A DNA stretch of 64,000 bases from a bacterium HR11 (GTDB taxonomy: Bacteria; Acidobacteriota; HRBIN11): positions 261,564 to 325,563 of the forward strand of contig BEHN01000001.1 in assembly GCA_002898535.1 (NCBI GenBank). Direction: 5' to 3'. Each line of letters opens with the position of its first letter. Positions within the stretch are counted from its first letter, which is position 1. The notes beneath the pieces were generated by a model, which did no database searches, was not told where the DNA came from, and saw only the letters and a program-made list of their open reading frames with translations. This document shows, in pieces, positions 50,143 to 59,323 of this stretch. The position numbers were made by a program, and so were the translations under genes.

Positions 50143-50916
50143 TCACTCCGTCACTTCATCGCTTACGGACTCCTGCACGGTTCGGGTCGGGAGCGTCGGT
50201 CCCCGGAGGTGAACGGGCTCGGCGGCGGCCCGGAGCCGGAGGTTCAGGGCCTCGACGAAGAGCGAAAAGCCCATCGCAAAGTAAATGTAGCCCCGCTCGA
50301 TATGGCGGCCCAGGCCCTCGGCGACCAGCATGACGCCGATCAGCAGGAGGAAGCTCAGGGCCAGCATCTTAACCGTCGGGTGCCGCTCGATGAACCGATG
50401 GACGGCCTCGGCGCTGACGAGCATGACGCCAATGGCCAGGACGATGGCCGTCACCATGACCCACACTTGGCGGGCCATCCCGACGGCCGTGATGACCGAA
50501 TCCAGGGAGAATACGACGTCGATCAGAGCGATCTGGACGACGACCCCCACGAGAGACCCCGTCTGCGGGGCCGACCGTGTCCCGGCGGCCCCCTCCAGCT
50601 TATCGTGAATTTCATACGTGCTCTTGGCGATTAAGAACAAACCGCCCAGGAGCAAGATGAGACTCTGTCCGGAGACGGGCGTGTCGAGAACAGGCAGGAC
50701 AAACAGGGGCTTTGTCAGCCGCATGATCCAGGTCAACGTAAACAGGAGCGCCAGCCGCGTGACGAGAGCGGCCAAGATGCCCAACCGGCGGGCAAGGGGT
50801 TGCCGGTCTCGGGGAAGCCGACCCGAGACGACCGAGATGAATACGATGTTGTCGATCCCCAGGACGACCTCCATGGCCGTCAGGGTCGCCAAGGCGATCC
50901 AAGCCTCGATTGTCAC
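50143..50916 (-). CDS. TerC-family membrane protein
   Basis: LTAMEVVLGIDNIVFI, DVVFSLDSVITAVGM; GTG start with AGGAG RBS. Confidence 0.9.
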   Translation of the reverse strand: MTIEAWIALATLTAMEVVLGIDNIVFISVVSGRLPRDRQPLARRLGILAALVTRLALLFTLTWIMRLTKPLFVLPVLDTPVSGQSLILLLGGLFLIAKSTYEIHDKLEGAAGTRSAPQTGSLVGVVVQIALIDVVFSLDSVITAVGMARQVWVMVTAIVLAIGVMLVSAEAVHRFIERHPTVKMLALSFLLLIGVMLVAEGLGRHIERGYIYFAMGFSLFVEALNLRLRAAAEPVHLRGPTLPTRTVQESVSDEVTE

Positions 50917-50929
50917 ACCTGTCCTCTCC

Positions 50930-52039
50930 TCATAAGCAGTCAGTGTCGGCCCGTTCCAGGACGCACAGCCAGTCATCGTCCAGGGGGCAAAGATTACGGA
51001 GTCGCCATCGCAGAGGACCCGTCGCCCAGGTGTCGAGATAACTCGCCAGGCCGAGGCTGTGGACGTCGCCGAAGACGGTCGGGGCGACAAACAGCCACAT
51101 CTCGTCGGCCCGGCCCTCGGCCAAAAAGGACGAAAAGACCCGGCTTCCGCCCTCGACGAGGAGCCGGTGGACGTCGTAGTCGGCCAAGCGTCGGAGGACG
51201 GCGCCCAGGTCGAGGTACCCGGGCGCCGTCGTCGGGGCGCCCTCGTAGCGAATGAACTCCGGCCCGGTCGGCGGCGTGCGGGCGGCGTCGTGGAAGACGA
51301 CCGTCGGGGCGGCGACCCGGAAGACGGGGTGGTCCGGCGGCAGGGAAAGGTCTGCATCGAGAAAGACCCGCCAGACGGGCTTATCGGGGACCAGCCGGGG
51401 CAGGCGGGGCCGGAGGTCGGGGGCGTCCAGGTCGGCCGTCCGGGCCCCGACGAGGACGGCGTCGCAGGTCGCCCGCAAATGGTGGACCCACGAGCGAGTG
51501 CGTTCCGACGTGATCCACAAGCGCCGACTGTCGGGCCGGGCGATCCGGCCGTCGGCCGTCAGGGCCGCCTTCAGGACGACCCAGGGACGGCGGGCCTGAA
51601 CCCACGTCGTGAAGCCCCGCAGGAGGTCTTGCGCCTCGGCCTCCAGGACGCCGACCTCGACGTCCAGGCCGGCCCGTCTCAGGGTCTCGACGCCCCGGCC
51701 GTGGACCCGGGGATTGGGGTCGAGGGTCGCGACGACGACACGTCCGACGCCGGCCTCGAGGATGGCGTCCGTGCAGGGCGGCGTTCGGCCGTGGTGACAG
51801 CAGGGCTCGAGTGTCACATAGAGGGTCGCCCCCCGCGCCCAGCGGCCGGCTTGGCGGAGGGCCCAGACTTCGGCATGAGGCGTCCCGGCCCGGACGTGGA
51901 AGCCCTGGCCGACGGCCCGGCCGTCCCGGACGACGACGGCCCCGACGGGCGGGTTCGGGGCCGTCGAGCCGAGGCCCAGGCGCGCCAGCCGCAGGGCCGC
52001 CGCCATCCAGAAGGCGTCGGAAGTCCGATGCCCGGCCAC
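50930..52039 (-). CDS. ribD: Riboflavin biosynthesis deaminase/reductase
   Basis: PNPPVGAV, HAEV, TLEPCCHHGRTPPC, LLVEGG. Confidence 0.94.
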   Translation of the reverse strand: MAGHRTSDAFWMAAALRLARLGLGSTAPNPPVGAVVVRDGRAVGQGFHVRAGTPHAEVWALRQAGRWARGATLYVTLEPCCHHGRTPPCTDAILEAGVGRVVVATLDPNPRVHGRGVETLRRAGLDVEVGVLEAEAQDLLRGFTTWVQARRPWVVLKAALTADGRIARPDSRRLWITSERTRSWVHHLRATCDAVLVGARTADLDAPDLRPRLPRLVPDKPVWRVFLDADLSLPPDHPVFRVAAPTVVFHDAARTPPTGPEFIRYEGAPTTAPGYLDLGAVLRRLADYDVHRLLVEGGSRVFSSFLAEGRADEMWLFVAPTVFGDVHSLGLASYLDTWATGPLRWRLRNLCPLDDDWLCVLERADTDCL

Positions 52040-52046
52040 AGCGCCG

Positions 52047-53156
52047 TCATTCGCTGTGGGGCCGGATCTGGAAGCGCTTCTCGAGGTCCTTCATCCGCTC
52101 GACGATGCCGCCGTATTCGAGCTCCTCGTAGGGGAGCATGGCGGGGCCGAAGAAGCCCTGCCGCCGGAGCTCGAGGGCCTTCTCGGCGATGCGGTCCTGG
52201 ACCGACCGCCAGAACGGATGGTCGAAGGGGTCGGCCGCCTCGGTGAACTTCCCCTTGTGGACGCACAGGGCGTGGCAGGTCACGATAGGCGGTCCGTCGA
52301 AGTACGAGACGTGCGTGTTGTGCGGGACGGGCATCAGGGGGCCGTTATGGGACCCCCGCATGAAGCCGGCGACGTAGTGCCCGATGGCGAAGGGGGCCAG
52401 CACTTCGCCAGCCGCCGGGAAGTCGCCCTGGACGCGGACGATCATGACGGGGTCGTCCTTGCCGACGTACTTGCCGGCGATGTTCCGAAGCCGGCTCGTG
52501 CTGACGACGGCGGCCTGCTCGCCCGTGGCCCGATTGTAAATGGCTTCGATGGAGAAGCGCTCCGTGTCCCGGAGCAGGGCGGCCAGGTCGTAAAGGTCTT
52601 CCGGCGTGTTCAGCTCGATGATACGGTCGGCCTCCGTGTAGTTGACGTCCATGACGACGAACTTGAAGCCCTTGCCCAGCTTGGGGCTGAGGATCAGGCC
52701 CGAGCAGAACATGGGGTCGGCGAAGGCCAAGTACAGCGGCAGGTTGTAAGCCCCGGGGCTCGTCTTGTCGGCGGCAAAGAAGAGGAACGGCTCGTTGGGT
52801 CGTTCCTCGAACTCGATCTCGGCGACCATCGGGCCCATGCCCCGGACGTTGCCGGAGAAGGCGTCTTTCAAGAGGTCCTGGCCGGCCCCGTAGAGGCCCT
52901 GGGCCTTGGCGACCTGCGTCCCCTTCATGAAGGCCTCGAAGGCCAGCTTGTGGACGTCGGCGTCGTTGGGGCCCCGGTGATGGGCCATCAGGATGGCGAT
53001 GTCATCGCCCGTATAGCTGACGTAGACGTCCGAGATCAGGTCCCGTCCGTTTTCCCGGACGTACCCCTCGACGGTCTCCAGGAGGGCCCGGGAGGGCTTG
53101 ATGTGGCCGCCGATACTGCCGATATCGGCCTTGATGACCGACAGCGTCGTCTTCAT
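52047..53156 (-). CDS. fbp: Bifunctional fructose-1,6-bisphosphate aldolase/phosphatase (class V FBPase)
   Basis: SVIKADIGSIGGH, GDDI, LYGAGQDLL, YVGKDDP, MRGSHNGPLMP, ELEY; GAGGAGG RBS before MKTT. Confidence 0.94.
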   Translation of the reverse strand: MKTTLSVIKADIGSIGGHIKPSRALLETVEGYVRENGRDLISDVYVSYTGDDIAILMAHHRGPNDADVHKLAFEAFMKGTQVAKAQGLYGAGQDLLKDAFSGNVRGMGPMVAEIEFEERPNEPFLFFAADKTSPGAYNLPLYLAFADPMFCSGLILSPKLGKGFKFVVMDVNYTEADRIIELNTPEDLYDLAALLRDTERFSIEAIYNRATGEQAAVVSTSRLRNIAGKYVGKDDPVMIVRVQGDFPAAGEVLAPFAIGHYVAGFMRGSHNGPLMPVPHNTHVSYFDGPPIVTCHALCVHKGKFTEAADPFDHPFWRSVQDRIAEKALELRRQGFFGPAMLPYEELEYGGIVERMKDLEKRFQIRPHSE

Positions 53157-53279
53157 CGTCGCCTCCTCGAATTGATGGGACTGGCCGACGTCGGCCCGGT
53201 CGGGGGCCTGAGCCGACGGATGGCCGGAACGGTCCCCCCAGGACGTAGGCAAGACCATTGTATCGGAACCCATGTCCGA

Positions 53280-53308
53280 TTGCAACCTTTCCCCGAGAGT
53301 CCTAAACT
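53280..53308 (+). promoter_or_regulatory. ssrA promoter
   Basis: TTGCAA-N17-TAAACT, 9 nt upstream of the mature 5' end. Confidence 0.7.
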
Positions 53309-53408
53309 TATCTCGGTGGGGGCGAACAGGTTTCGACGGAGGTGCGTGGGAGGACAGGCGGCATGCCGTGGGCCTGTCCGCTCGTCAACTGGACAGGGGC
53401 CAATAAGT

Positions 53409-53438
53409 GCCAACACCGATCTCGCCCTGGCGGCTTAA
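53409..53438 (+). other. tmRNA tag reading frame ANTDLALAA*
   Basis: ATAAGT then GCC AAC ACC GAT CTC GCC CTG GCG GCT TAA. Confidence 0.92.
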
Positions 53439-53653
53439 CCGATAGCCGTCACGCCGCCAGACGGGCGCCCGTCCCGTCTGGGCCGGTGTCACATCACGGG
53501 CTCGGGCGCCGGGTGCGCCTCGGTCCCGGTGCCGAGATCGAAGGGGCTGGTCCTCGCCTTGACCCTGCCCGTCGGGGCCGGCGAGGACGAGAGGTAAAAG
53601 ACGGGCTAAGCATGTAGAAGCCTGTCCGACTGGCCTCCGGACGCGGGTTCGAT

Positions 53654-53998
53654 TCGTGAGGGGTTATAGCGCGCAGGTTCGAAGGCTGTCAATTCGCGGC
53701 TATAACCCCGGAGTCGCCCCACATAGCAATATGTGGGTGAAAACGGGGCTCACATCGGCGAAGCCTACGGCCACCGAATGGCTATGGTAACGCCGAGGGG
53801 TCGGAAGGGGGCCAACCCCAGGCCGGCCCTGTAGAGACTCATCGGCCCGCCGGCCTGGACCGGGTGGGTGGGTCCGAGGAGCGTAGCGGATTGGGAAGAA
53901 ACTTGACGGCTACGCTAAGACGCCCCGCATCCTCGGTCCCGGGAGGGACTCGGGGATGAAGGCATAGTCCAGCCCAGTCCGAAAGGACTGGAGTGCTG
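53654..53998 (+). ncRNA. Group I intron (IA-like, ORF-less, 345 nt) in the tmRNA T-loop
   Basis: 5' exon ends in U, intron ends in G; P1 CGAT|TC:GAGTCG with U.G; P3 CGGGGC/GCCCCG; P4 TCGGCG/CGCCGA; P7 GAGACT/AGTCC; P2, P8 and P9 with GNRA loops. Confidence 0.92.
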
Positions 53999-54110
53999 TC
54001 CCGCCGCCTCCACCAAAATATCCGGGTCCTGGGTCTTGAAGGTCCCGAGGGAAGCGACCGACGGCCAGACCGTATCTCCCGGGCAGGGACGTTCTTTGAA
54101 ATCGTCGGGC

Positions 54111-55595
54111 ATGTGGCGTGAGGTCCTGATCACCCAGCTCGGCTCGGAGGCCCTGGTGGCGGTCGTCGAGGACGACCGCCTCGTCGAGTTCCATGCCGAC
54201 GAACCTCAGGGTTCCAGTCTGCTGGGTAATATCTACAAGGGCCGGGTCAAGTCGATCCTGCCCGGTATGGACGCCGCCTTCATCGACATCGGCGAGCCCC
54301 AGGACGGTTTCCTTTATATCGCCGACGTCCGCCCCGTCGTCGCCCGGCTCCTGTACGGCGACACGGATGGTCTACCGGCCGGCCGTTGGAGGCGCCCCCA
54401 GCATATCGGGGACGTCCTTCATGAGGGTGACGAAGTCCTCGTCCAGGTCAAACGGGACCCCATCCAGTACAAGGCTCCCCGAGTCTCGACCAAGATTACC
54501 CTGACAGGCACGTATCTGGTTTACACGCCCGTCCAGCCCCACGTCGGCGTTTCATCCCGCATCACGAATCCTCAGCGCCGTCAGCACCTGAAGGCGCTCG
54601 GTCGGGCCTGGGCCGCCGGCCGGGGCGGCCTCATCTTCCGGACGGCCAGCGCCGCCATTCCCGACGAGACCCTGGAGCAGGAATGGCGGAGCCTGCAACA
54701 GACATGGCAGAAAGTCCTTCGGCTGGCTCGGTCCCGCCCGGCCCCGTGCTTACTGTACCGAGAACCGCCGACCCTGCTCCGCTTGATCCGGGACCTGGTC
54801 AATCCGGGCCTTCGCCGCATCTGGGTCGATTCCCCGAACCTCTACCGTTGGCTCCAAGAGCAGTTGGGCGAACACCATCCCGAGTGGCTTCCCTACCTCC
54901 AGTTGTATACCGACAGCTCGCCCCTCTTTTACCGGTACCAGATCCACCGGGAACTCCAGCGGATCTTGAAGCCCCGGGTGTGGCTGAAGTCCGGCGCTTA
55001 CCTGGTCATTAATCAGACGGAAGCCCTCGTGGCCATCGACGTGAACACGGGGAAGAATACCGGCCTAACGGACTTCCAGGACAGCGTCTTTCGGGTCAAC
55101 CTGGAGGCCGTCGGGGAGATCGTCCGCCAGATCCGCCTTCGAAACCTCGGTGGGCTCATCCTGATCGACTTCATCGATATGACCTCGCCGGAACACTGGC
55201 AGAAGCTCCGAGAGGTCCTGGAGGCCGAGCTCAAGGGGGACCGGATGCGGACCTACATCCTCCCCCAGTCCAGCACGTCCCTCGTCCTCCTGACCCGTCA
55301 GAAGGCGCAAGCCTCCCTCCTCCATCACCTGGGTCAGGTATGCCCCCGATGCCACGGTCGGGCCTTCGTCTACAGCCCCCGGGTCATCGCCTGGGAGGTC
55401 ATCTGGAAGCTGTCCCAAATCAAGAAGGGTCTCTTTCAGCGGGCCGTCGTCCGGGCTCATCCCCGGGTCATCGAGCTCCTCCGGGGGCCTTACCGGGAAA
55501 ACTTGCGGACGATCTGCCGCCAGATCCGGGCCGAGGTCGAACTCCGGGAAGACAGCAACCTGGCGTGGGAATCCTACGACCTGACGTTTCATTAG
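54111..55595 (+). CDS. rng: Ribonuclease G/E family
   Basis: GNIYKGRV..ILPGMDAAFIDIG S1 domain, AIDVNTG, RLRNLGGLILIDFIDM, CPRCHG. Confidence 0.93.
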   Translation: MWREVLITQLGSEALVAVVEDDRLVEFHADEPQGSSLLGNIYKGRVKSILPGMDAAFIDIGEPQDGFLYIADVRPVVARLLYGDTDGLPAGRWRRPQHIGDVLHEGDEVLVQVKRDPIQYKAPRVSTKITLTGTYLVYTPVQPHVGVSSRITNPQRRQHLKALGRAWAAGRGGLIFRTASAAIPDETLEQEWRSLQQTWQKVLRLARSRPAPCLLYREPPTLLRLIRDLVNPGLRRIWVDSPNLYRWLQEQLGEHHPEWLPYLQLYTDSSPLFYRYQIHRELQRILKPRVWLKSGAYLVINQTEALVAIDVNTGKNTGLTDFQDSVFRVNLEAVGEIVRQIRLRNLGGLILIDFIDMTSPEHWQKLREVLEAELKGDRMRTYILPQSSTSLVLLTRQKAQASLLHHLGQVCPRCHGRAFVYSPRVIAWEVIWKLSQIKKGLFQRAVVRAHPRVIELLRGPYRENLRTICRQIRAEVELREDSNLAWESYDLTFH

Positions 55596-55690
55596 GTAAG
55601 ACCATAGACCATGGACCATAGACCACGGACCACGGACCCCCAACGATAGACCGGGCCGGGCGGACCGAGCCTCCCCGTTGTGGAGAAGGA

Positions 55691-55860
55691 GTCTCATAAA
55701 TCCCCCCTACAGGGGAAGACCTGGAGATGGGTTCTCAGCCATCCTCTCGAGACGAGGCGCTCCCCCTTGGCCCAGTCAGGTCTAAGGCCTATGGTCCATG
55801 GTCTATGGTCCATGGTCTGACATGGAGAGTCCGACCCCGGTCTCATCGGATTGATGAGAC
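55691..55860. mobile_element. Shell-Y element
   Basis: GTCTCATAAATCC...GGATTGATGAGAC with a CTATGGT/CCATGGT run; the opposite-orientation run lies at 55598-55640. Confidence 0.62.
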
Positions 55861-55921
55861 CGCTTCGAGACACCGGATGAGAGCCTCGTAAACCGTTTGA
55901 TGCGACGGGTCGTGGTGGGGC

Positions 55922-56434
55922 ATGGTGGAGCGACCATACTGTGTGGCCGGTATCGACCCCCACAAGGACTTCATCGCCGTGGCCGTCCTGGCCCCCGACC
56001 GGGTCGTCCGGGTCGGCGTGATCCGGTGCGAGCCCTTCGTCCGCCTGCGACGGCGACTGGAACGTATCCTGGCCGACGTCCGCTACGTCGGCATCGAGTG
56101 GCCCTATCTGGGCAAGAGTCCCCACAGCTATGCGACGGTCCTGGAAACGGCGGCGACCGTCCGGACGCTCGTCCGCCTGATGGGGATCCCGAGCGTGCGT
56201 GTCCGGGGGAGCCAGTGGATGCGGGTTCTCCGGGTCCGACGCCGAACGCGAGCTTACCTCAAGCAGGCGGCCCGGCGCCTGGCCCGGCAGGCCACTCGGC
56301 GAAGCCTGACCTCGGACCAGAGCGACGCCGTCTGCATCGGCCTCTGGCTCCTGGACCGCCTGGTCGTCCACGGCCGCCTGGACCCACCCGTCCCCCTCCT
56401 GGAACGCACGGGCCTCCGGCCTGGGGGTCCATAG
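55922..56434 (+). CDS. RuvC-like RNase H-fold nuclease
   Basis: VAGIDPH, VGIEWP, SDQSDAVCIG match the RuvC D-E-DxxD pattern. Confidence 0.6.
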   Translation: MVERPYCVAGIDPHKDFIAVAVLAPDRVVRVGVIRCEPFVRLRRRLERILADVRYVGIEWPYLGKSPHSYATVLETAATVRTLVRLMGIPSVRVRGSQWMRVLRVRRRTRAYLKQAARRLARQATRRSLTSDQSDAVCIGLWLLDRLVVHGRLDPPVPLLERTGLRPGGP

Positions 56435-56508
56435 TGCAGACCATAGACCACGGGCCCCAGACCTCTACGGTCCGTGGTCTATCGTCCATGGTCGATGGTC
56501 TTGGGTCC

Positions 56509-57390
56509 ATGGTCCATAACGTGCCTGCGCTGTCGGCTTGGCGGGCGGCCCTGGAGGCCCTGGTCCGTCGATTTCCCCGGCCGCAGACGCCCGGGGACGA
56601 CCCCCTGGCCTTCGCTTACCGGTATGACGACCCCCACGACCGGACGGTCGTCGCCTATCTCGTCAGCTTTCTGGCTTTCGGCCACGTGCAGGCCATCGCC
56701 CGGGCCGTCGAGCCCCTCCTTGACCGCCTCGGCCCCCGACCGAGCCGGGCCCTCGTCGAGGCCGCCCGGGCCGACCTGCGTCGGTGGGTCCACGGGTGGC
56801 GCTATCGCTTCGTCCCGGCCGAGGCCCTCTACGGGCTCCTCGCCTGGATTCAAGACCGGCTTGCGCGATGGGGGTCGCTGGAAGCGTACTTTCGGGCGGC
56901 AGTCGAGAGGTCGCCTTCCCTGCGGGACTTTGCCGAGGCTCACGGTCAGGCCGGTCGCCGATTCTTCCGCCGTCACGTCTCGAGCGTATCCCCGGTGAAG
57001 GCCCGGTTTCTCTTCCCGCTCCCGCCTCGGAGCGCCTGCAAACGTTTGGCCCTGTTTGTCCGGTGGATGACCCGCCGGGCGCCGCCGGACCTGGGTCTTT
57101 GGGACTTCTGGCCCCGGGCCTGGGTGTTCGTTCCCCTCGACACCCACATGGCCTTTCTGGCTCGTTTGTGGGGCTGGGCGGACCGGCGGGCCCCGGACTG
57201 GGCCTTCATGGAGCAGGTCGCTTCCGTCTTGGCCGCCCTCTGTCCGGAAGATCCGCTTCGGTACGATTACGCCATCGCCCACCTGGGGATCCGTCGTCTC
57301 TGTCATCGCCGGCCGGAGCTTCGGCGGTGTGGGGTATGTCCCATGCGGAGCGTTTGCCCCTATCCGGCTGGAAGCGATCCGTGTGGGTGA
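56509..57390 (+). CDS. TIGR02757/DUF2400-like HhH protein with C-terminal four-Cys motif
   Basis: DDPL, SACKRLALFVRWM, DLGLW, PLDTH, DPLRYDYAI, CHRRPELRRCGVCPMRSVC; start uncertain. Confidence 0.8.
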   Translation: MVHNVPALSAWRAALEALVRRFPRPQTPGDDPLAFAYRYDDPHDRTVVAYLVSFLAFGHVQAIARAVEPLLDRLGPRPSRALVEAARADLRRWVHGWRYRFVPAEALYGLLAWIQDRLARWGSLEAYFRAAVERSPSLRDFAEAHGQAGRRFFRRHVSSVSPVKARFLFPLPPRSACKRLALFVRWMTRRAPPDLGLWDFWPRAWVFVPLDTHMAFLARLWGWADRRAPDWAFMEQVASVLAALCPEDPLRYDYAIAHLGIRRLCHRRPELRRCGVCPMRSVCPYPAGSDPCG

Positions 57391-57472
57391 AAAGGCCCGA
57401 CGGGTGGGTGAAAAGGCCCAGCGGCCAGGGGCGAAGAGCCCAAGGCATAGAGCCCAAGGCAGAGCAACTGTC

Positions 57473-57738
57473 TTGACAGAGCCGTTCGGTTGGTGAAAAC
57501 CCGCATGGATTCGGCTTTTTCGACCCTGCGGGAAGGACGGTTTTCAAGCTTTGGCAGATAGGCAGTTCGGCAGATGGGCAGATGGTCCCAAAAGCCCTGG
57601 GGCTGATCCTTGCCCACCCGGCTTCTATCTGCCTATCTGCCGACCTGCCCATCTGCCGGATGCTTGAAAAATCGTGCTTCCCGGGCGTTGGGAAAGGCCG
57701 TCCCGACGCCATTCTCACGGGCCGAATGGCTCTGCTAA
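57473..57738. mobile_element. Shell-X element, near-identical to 5364-5629
   Basis: About 260 bp of matching sequence including TIRs and cargo. Confidence 0.78.
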
Positions 57739-57903
57739 CTTTCCGCCTCCTCCTGTCGCCGACCGCCGGCGCTGGCCTCCAGGCCTTATATCTGCCCCGG
57801 CCGGCCCCCAATGCCCGGGTTCCCGAACTCCCGAATTCCCGGATTGCCGAACTCCCGAATTCCCGAATGGTATAATCGGACTTCCGAAGAGGGGAGGTCG
57901 GCG

Positions 57904-59304
57904 ATGCGGTCGATAGCCCTCAAGATTTCTATCCCCATCATATTAAGTATATTTATATTTTTTGGAATTTTGGGGTATCACACCTACACGGAGCGGCGGG
58001 CGGCGTTCCGACGCCTCGTCGAACAGGACGCCCAGGCGGTCCTCCGGGTCGTCGCCCAGGGGATCGCCCTCCTGATGGAGGCCGAATCCCGGGACCACGT
58101 CCTGGAATTGATGCGGAGCGCCCGGACCGAGATAGGGGCCTTCTATCTGGAGGCCCGTTCGCCCGACGGACGCTATACCCTCCGGGCATCGGACCCCGCG
58201 GCAATCCCCCAGGGGTCGACCGAGTGGCTCCAAGTGCGAGTGCCTCTACCGGCTCGGAATACCTGCCGCCGATGTCACACGATGGCTACTCAGACAGAGG
58301 GATATTTAGAGGTCCGACGGAACATCGGTCCCCTAATGGCCATGGCCCGTTCTTGGTACACCCGGGCGAGTCTGACCCACCTTCTGGCATCGATCTTGCT
58401 TAGTCTATCCATTGCCGTGACGGTCCACTGGACCGTTCGGCGACCCCTCCAGCGGCTGATCGGAGCCATGGAACGGGTAGCCCAAGGCCATTGGGACGTG
58501 ACCTTACCGATTCAGGGACAGGACGAGATCGCCGCCCTGGCCCGCCACTTCAACTCGATGCTGGAGCGGCTCCGGGCGTATCAGGAGGAGCGGGAACGGG
58601 AACAGCGAGCCAAGCTCCAGCAGGCCGAGCACATGATGACGGTCGCCGAGATGGCCGCCTCGCTGGCGCATGAGCTCAAGAACCCCCTGGCCGGCATCCA
58701 GTCGGCGTTGACGGTCCTATTTGAGCAGGAGGACCTCCGGCCGGAAGCTCGAGAGGTCTACGAGTCCATCATTCAGGACCTGAGTCGTATTAACCAAGTC
58801 CTGGAGGACCTCTTGCAGTACGCGCGGCCCCGGCCCATCGAGTGGACGGCCGTAGACCTGGGGAGCCTGGTCGAGTCGGTCGTCCACCGGGTTCTTCCGA
58901 TAGTACGGGAAAAGGGCCTCCAGCTTCATACAGACCTGACGGCCGACGTCCCCGTCGTCCAGGCCGACCCCCATCAACTTCATCAGATGCTGTACAATTT
59001 ACTCCTCAACGCCATCCAGGCGACCGACGAAGGGGGCCGGGTGACGGTCGGTCTTCGGTCCCGTCCGGAGGCCGATGAGGTCGAGCTGTGGGTCGAGGAT
59101 ACGGGCCACGGGATTCCGCCCGACAAGCTGGACCTCGTCCTCAAGCCTTTCTATTCGACGAAACCGGGCGGGACCGGCTTAGGACTTCCTATTTGTTTGC
59201 GGATCATCGAAAACCATGGAGGGCGGCTCTCGATCGAGTCGGAAGTCGGTCGGGGCTCGACCTTCCGGGTCTACCTCCCCATCCGGGGGGCAGGTCGTGC
59301 ATGA
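57904..59304 (+). CDS. Sensor histidine kinase with periplasmic CxxCH motif and HAMP domain
   Basis: Two TM helices, CRRCH between them, LAHELKNPL H-box, NLLLNA, DTGHGI, GTGLGL. Confidence 0.92.
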   Translation: MRSIALKISIPIILSIFIFFGILGYHTYTERRAAFRRLVEQDAQAVLRVVAQGIALLMEAESRDHVLELMRSARTEIGAFYLEARSPDGRYTLRASDPAAIPQGSTEWLQVRVPLPARNTCRRCHTMATQTEGYLEVRRNIGPLMAMARSWYTRASLTHLLASILLSLSIAVTVHWTVRRPLQRLIGAMERVAQGHWDVTLPIQGQDEIAALARHFNSMLERLRAYQEEREREQRAKLQQAEHMMTVAEMAASLAHELKNPLAGIQSALTVLFEQEDLRPEAREVYESIIQDLSRINQVLEDLLQYARPRPIEWTAVDLGSLVESVVHRVLPIVREKGLQLHTDLTADVPVVQADPHQLHQMLYNLLLNAIQATDEGGRVTVGLRSRPEADEVELWVEDTGHGIPPDKLDLVLKPFYSTKPGGTGLGLPICLRIIENHGGRLSIESEVGRGSTFRVYLPIRGAGRA

Positions 59305-59323
59305 CATAGATATTTCGGGAAAG

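Larger units (their letters stand above)
53318..54015 (+). ncRNA. ssrA: tmRNA, split by a group I intron (exons 53318-53653 and 53999-54015)
   Basis: 5' GGGGGCGAACAGGTTTCGAC; acceptor stem GGGGGCG/CGCCTCC-ACCA with G3:U; tag frame; spliced T-arm GCGGG-TTCGATT-CCCGC. Confidence 0.95.

Noticed and set aside
50143..51357. 404-aa ORF suggesting a long TerC fusion
   Set aside because: The N-terminal part is an alternate frame of ribD; TerC starts at GTG 50916 with its own RBS
53153..53617. ORFs 53153-53416 and 53342-53617, and the 53285 start for fbp
   Set aside because: They overlap the tmRNA or its promoter; fbp has a strong RBS before ATG 53156
53654..53998. Integrated island splitting ssrA
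   Set aside because: No integrase and no duplicated 3' end; the insert has group I core pairings and correct splice nucleotides
55897..57390. 497-aa ORF
   Set aside because: The N-terminal part overlaps the RuvC-like gene and heptamer repeats; only the region from about 56509 looks like a real protein
57383..57419. GTGGGTGAAAAGGCCC direct repeat (two copies)
   Set aside because: Only two copies at a gene end; most simply a local duplication
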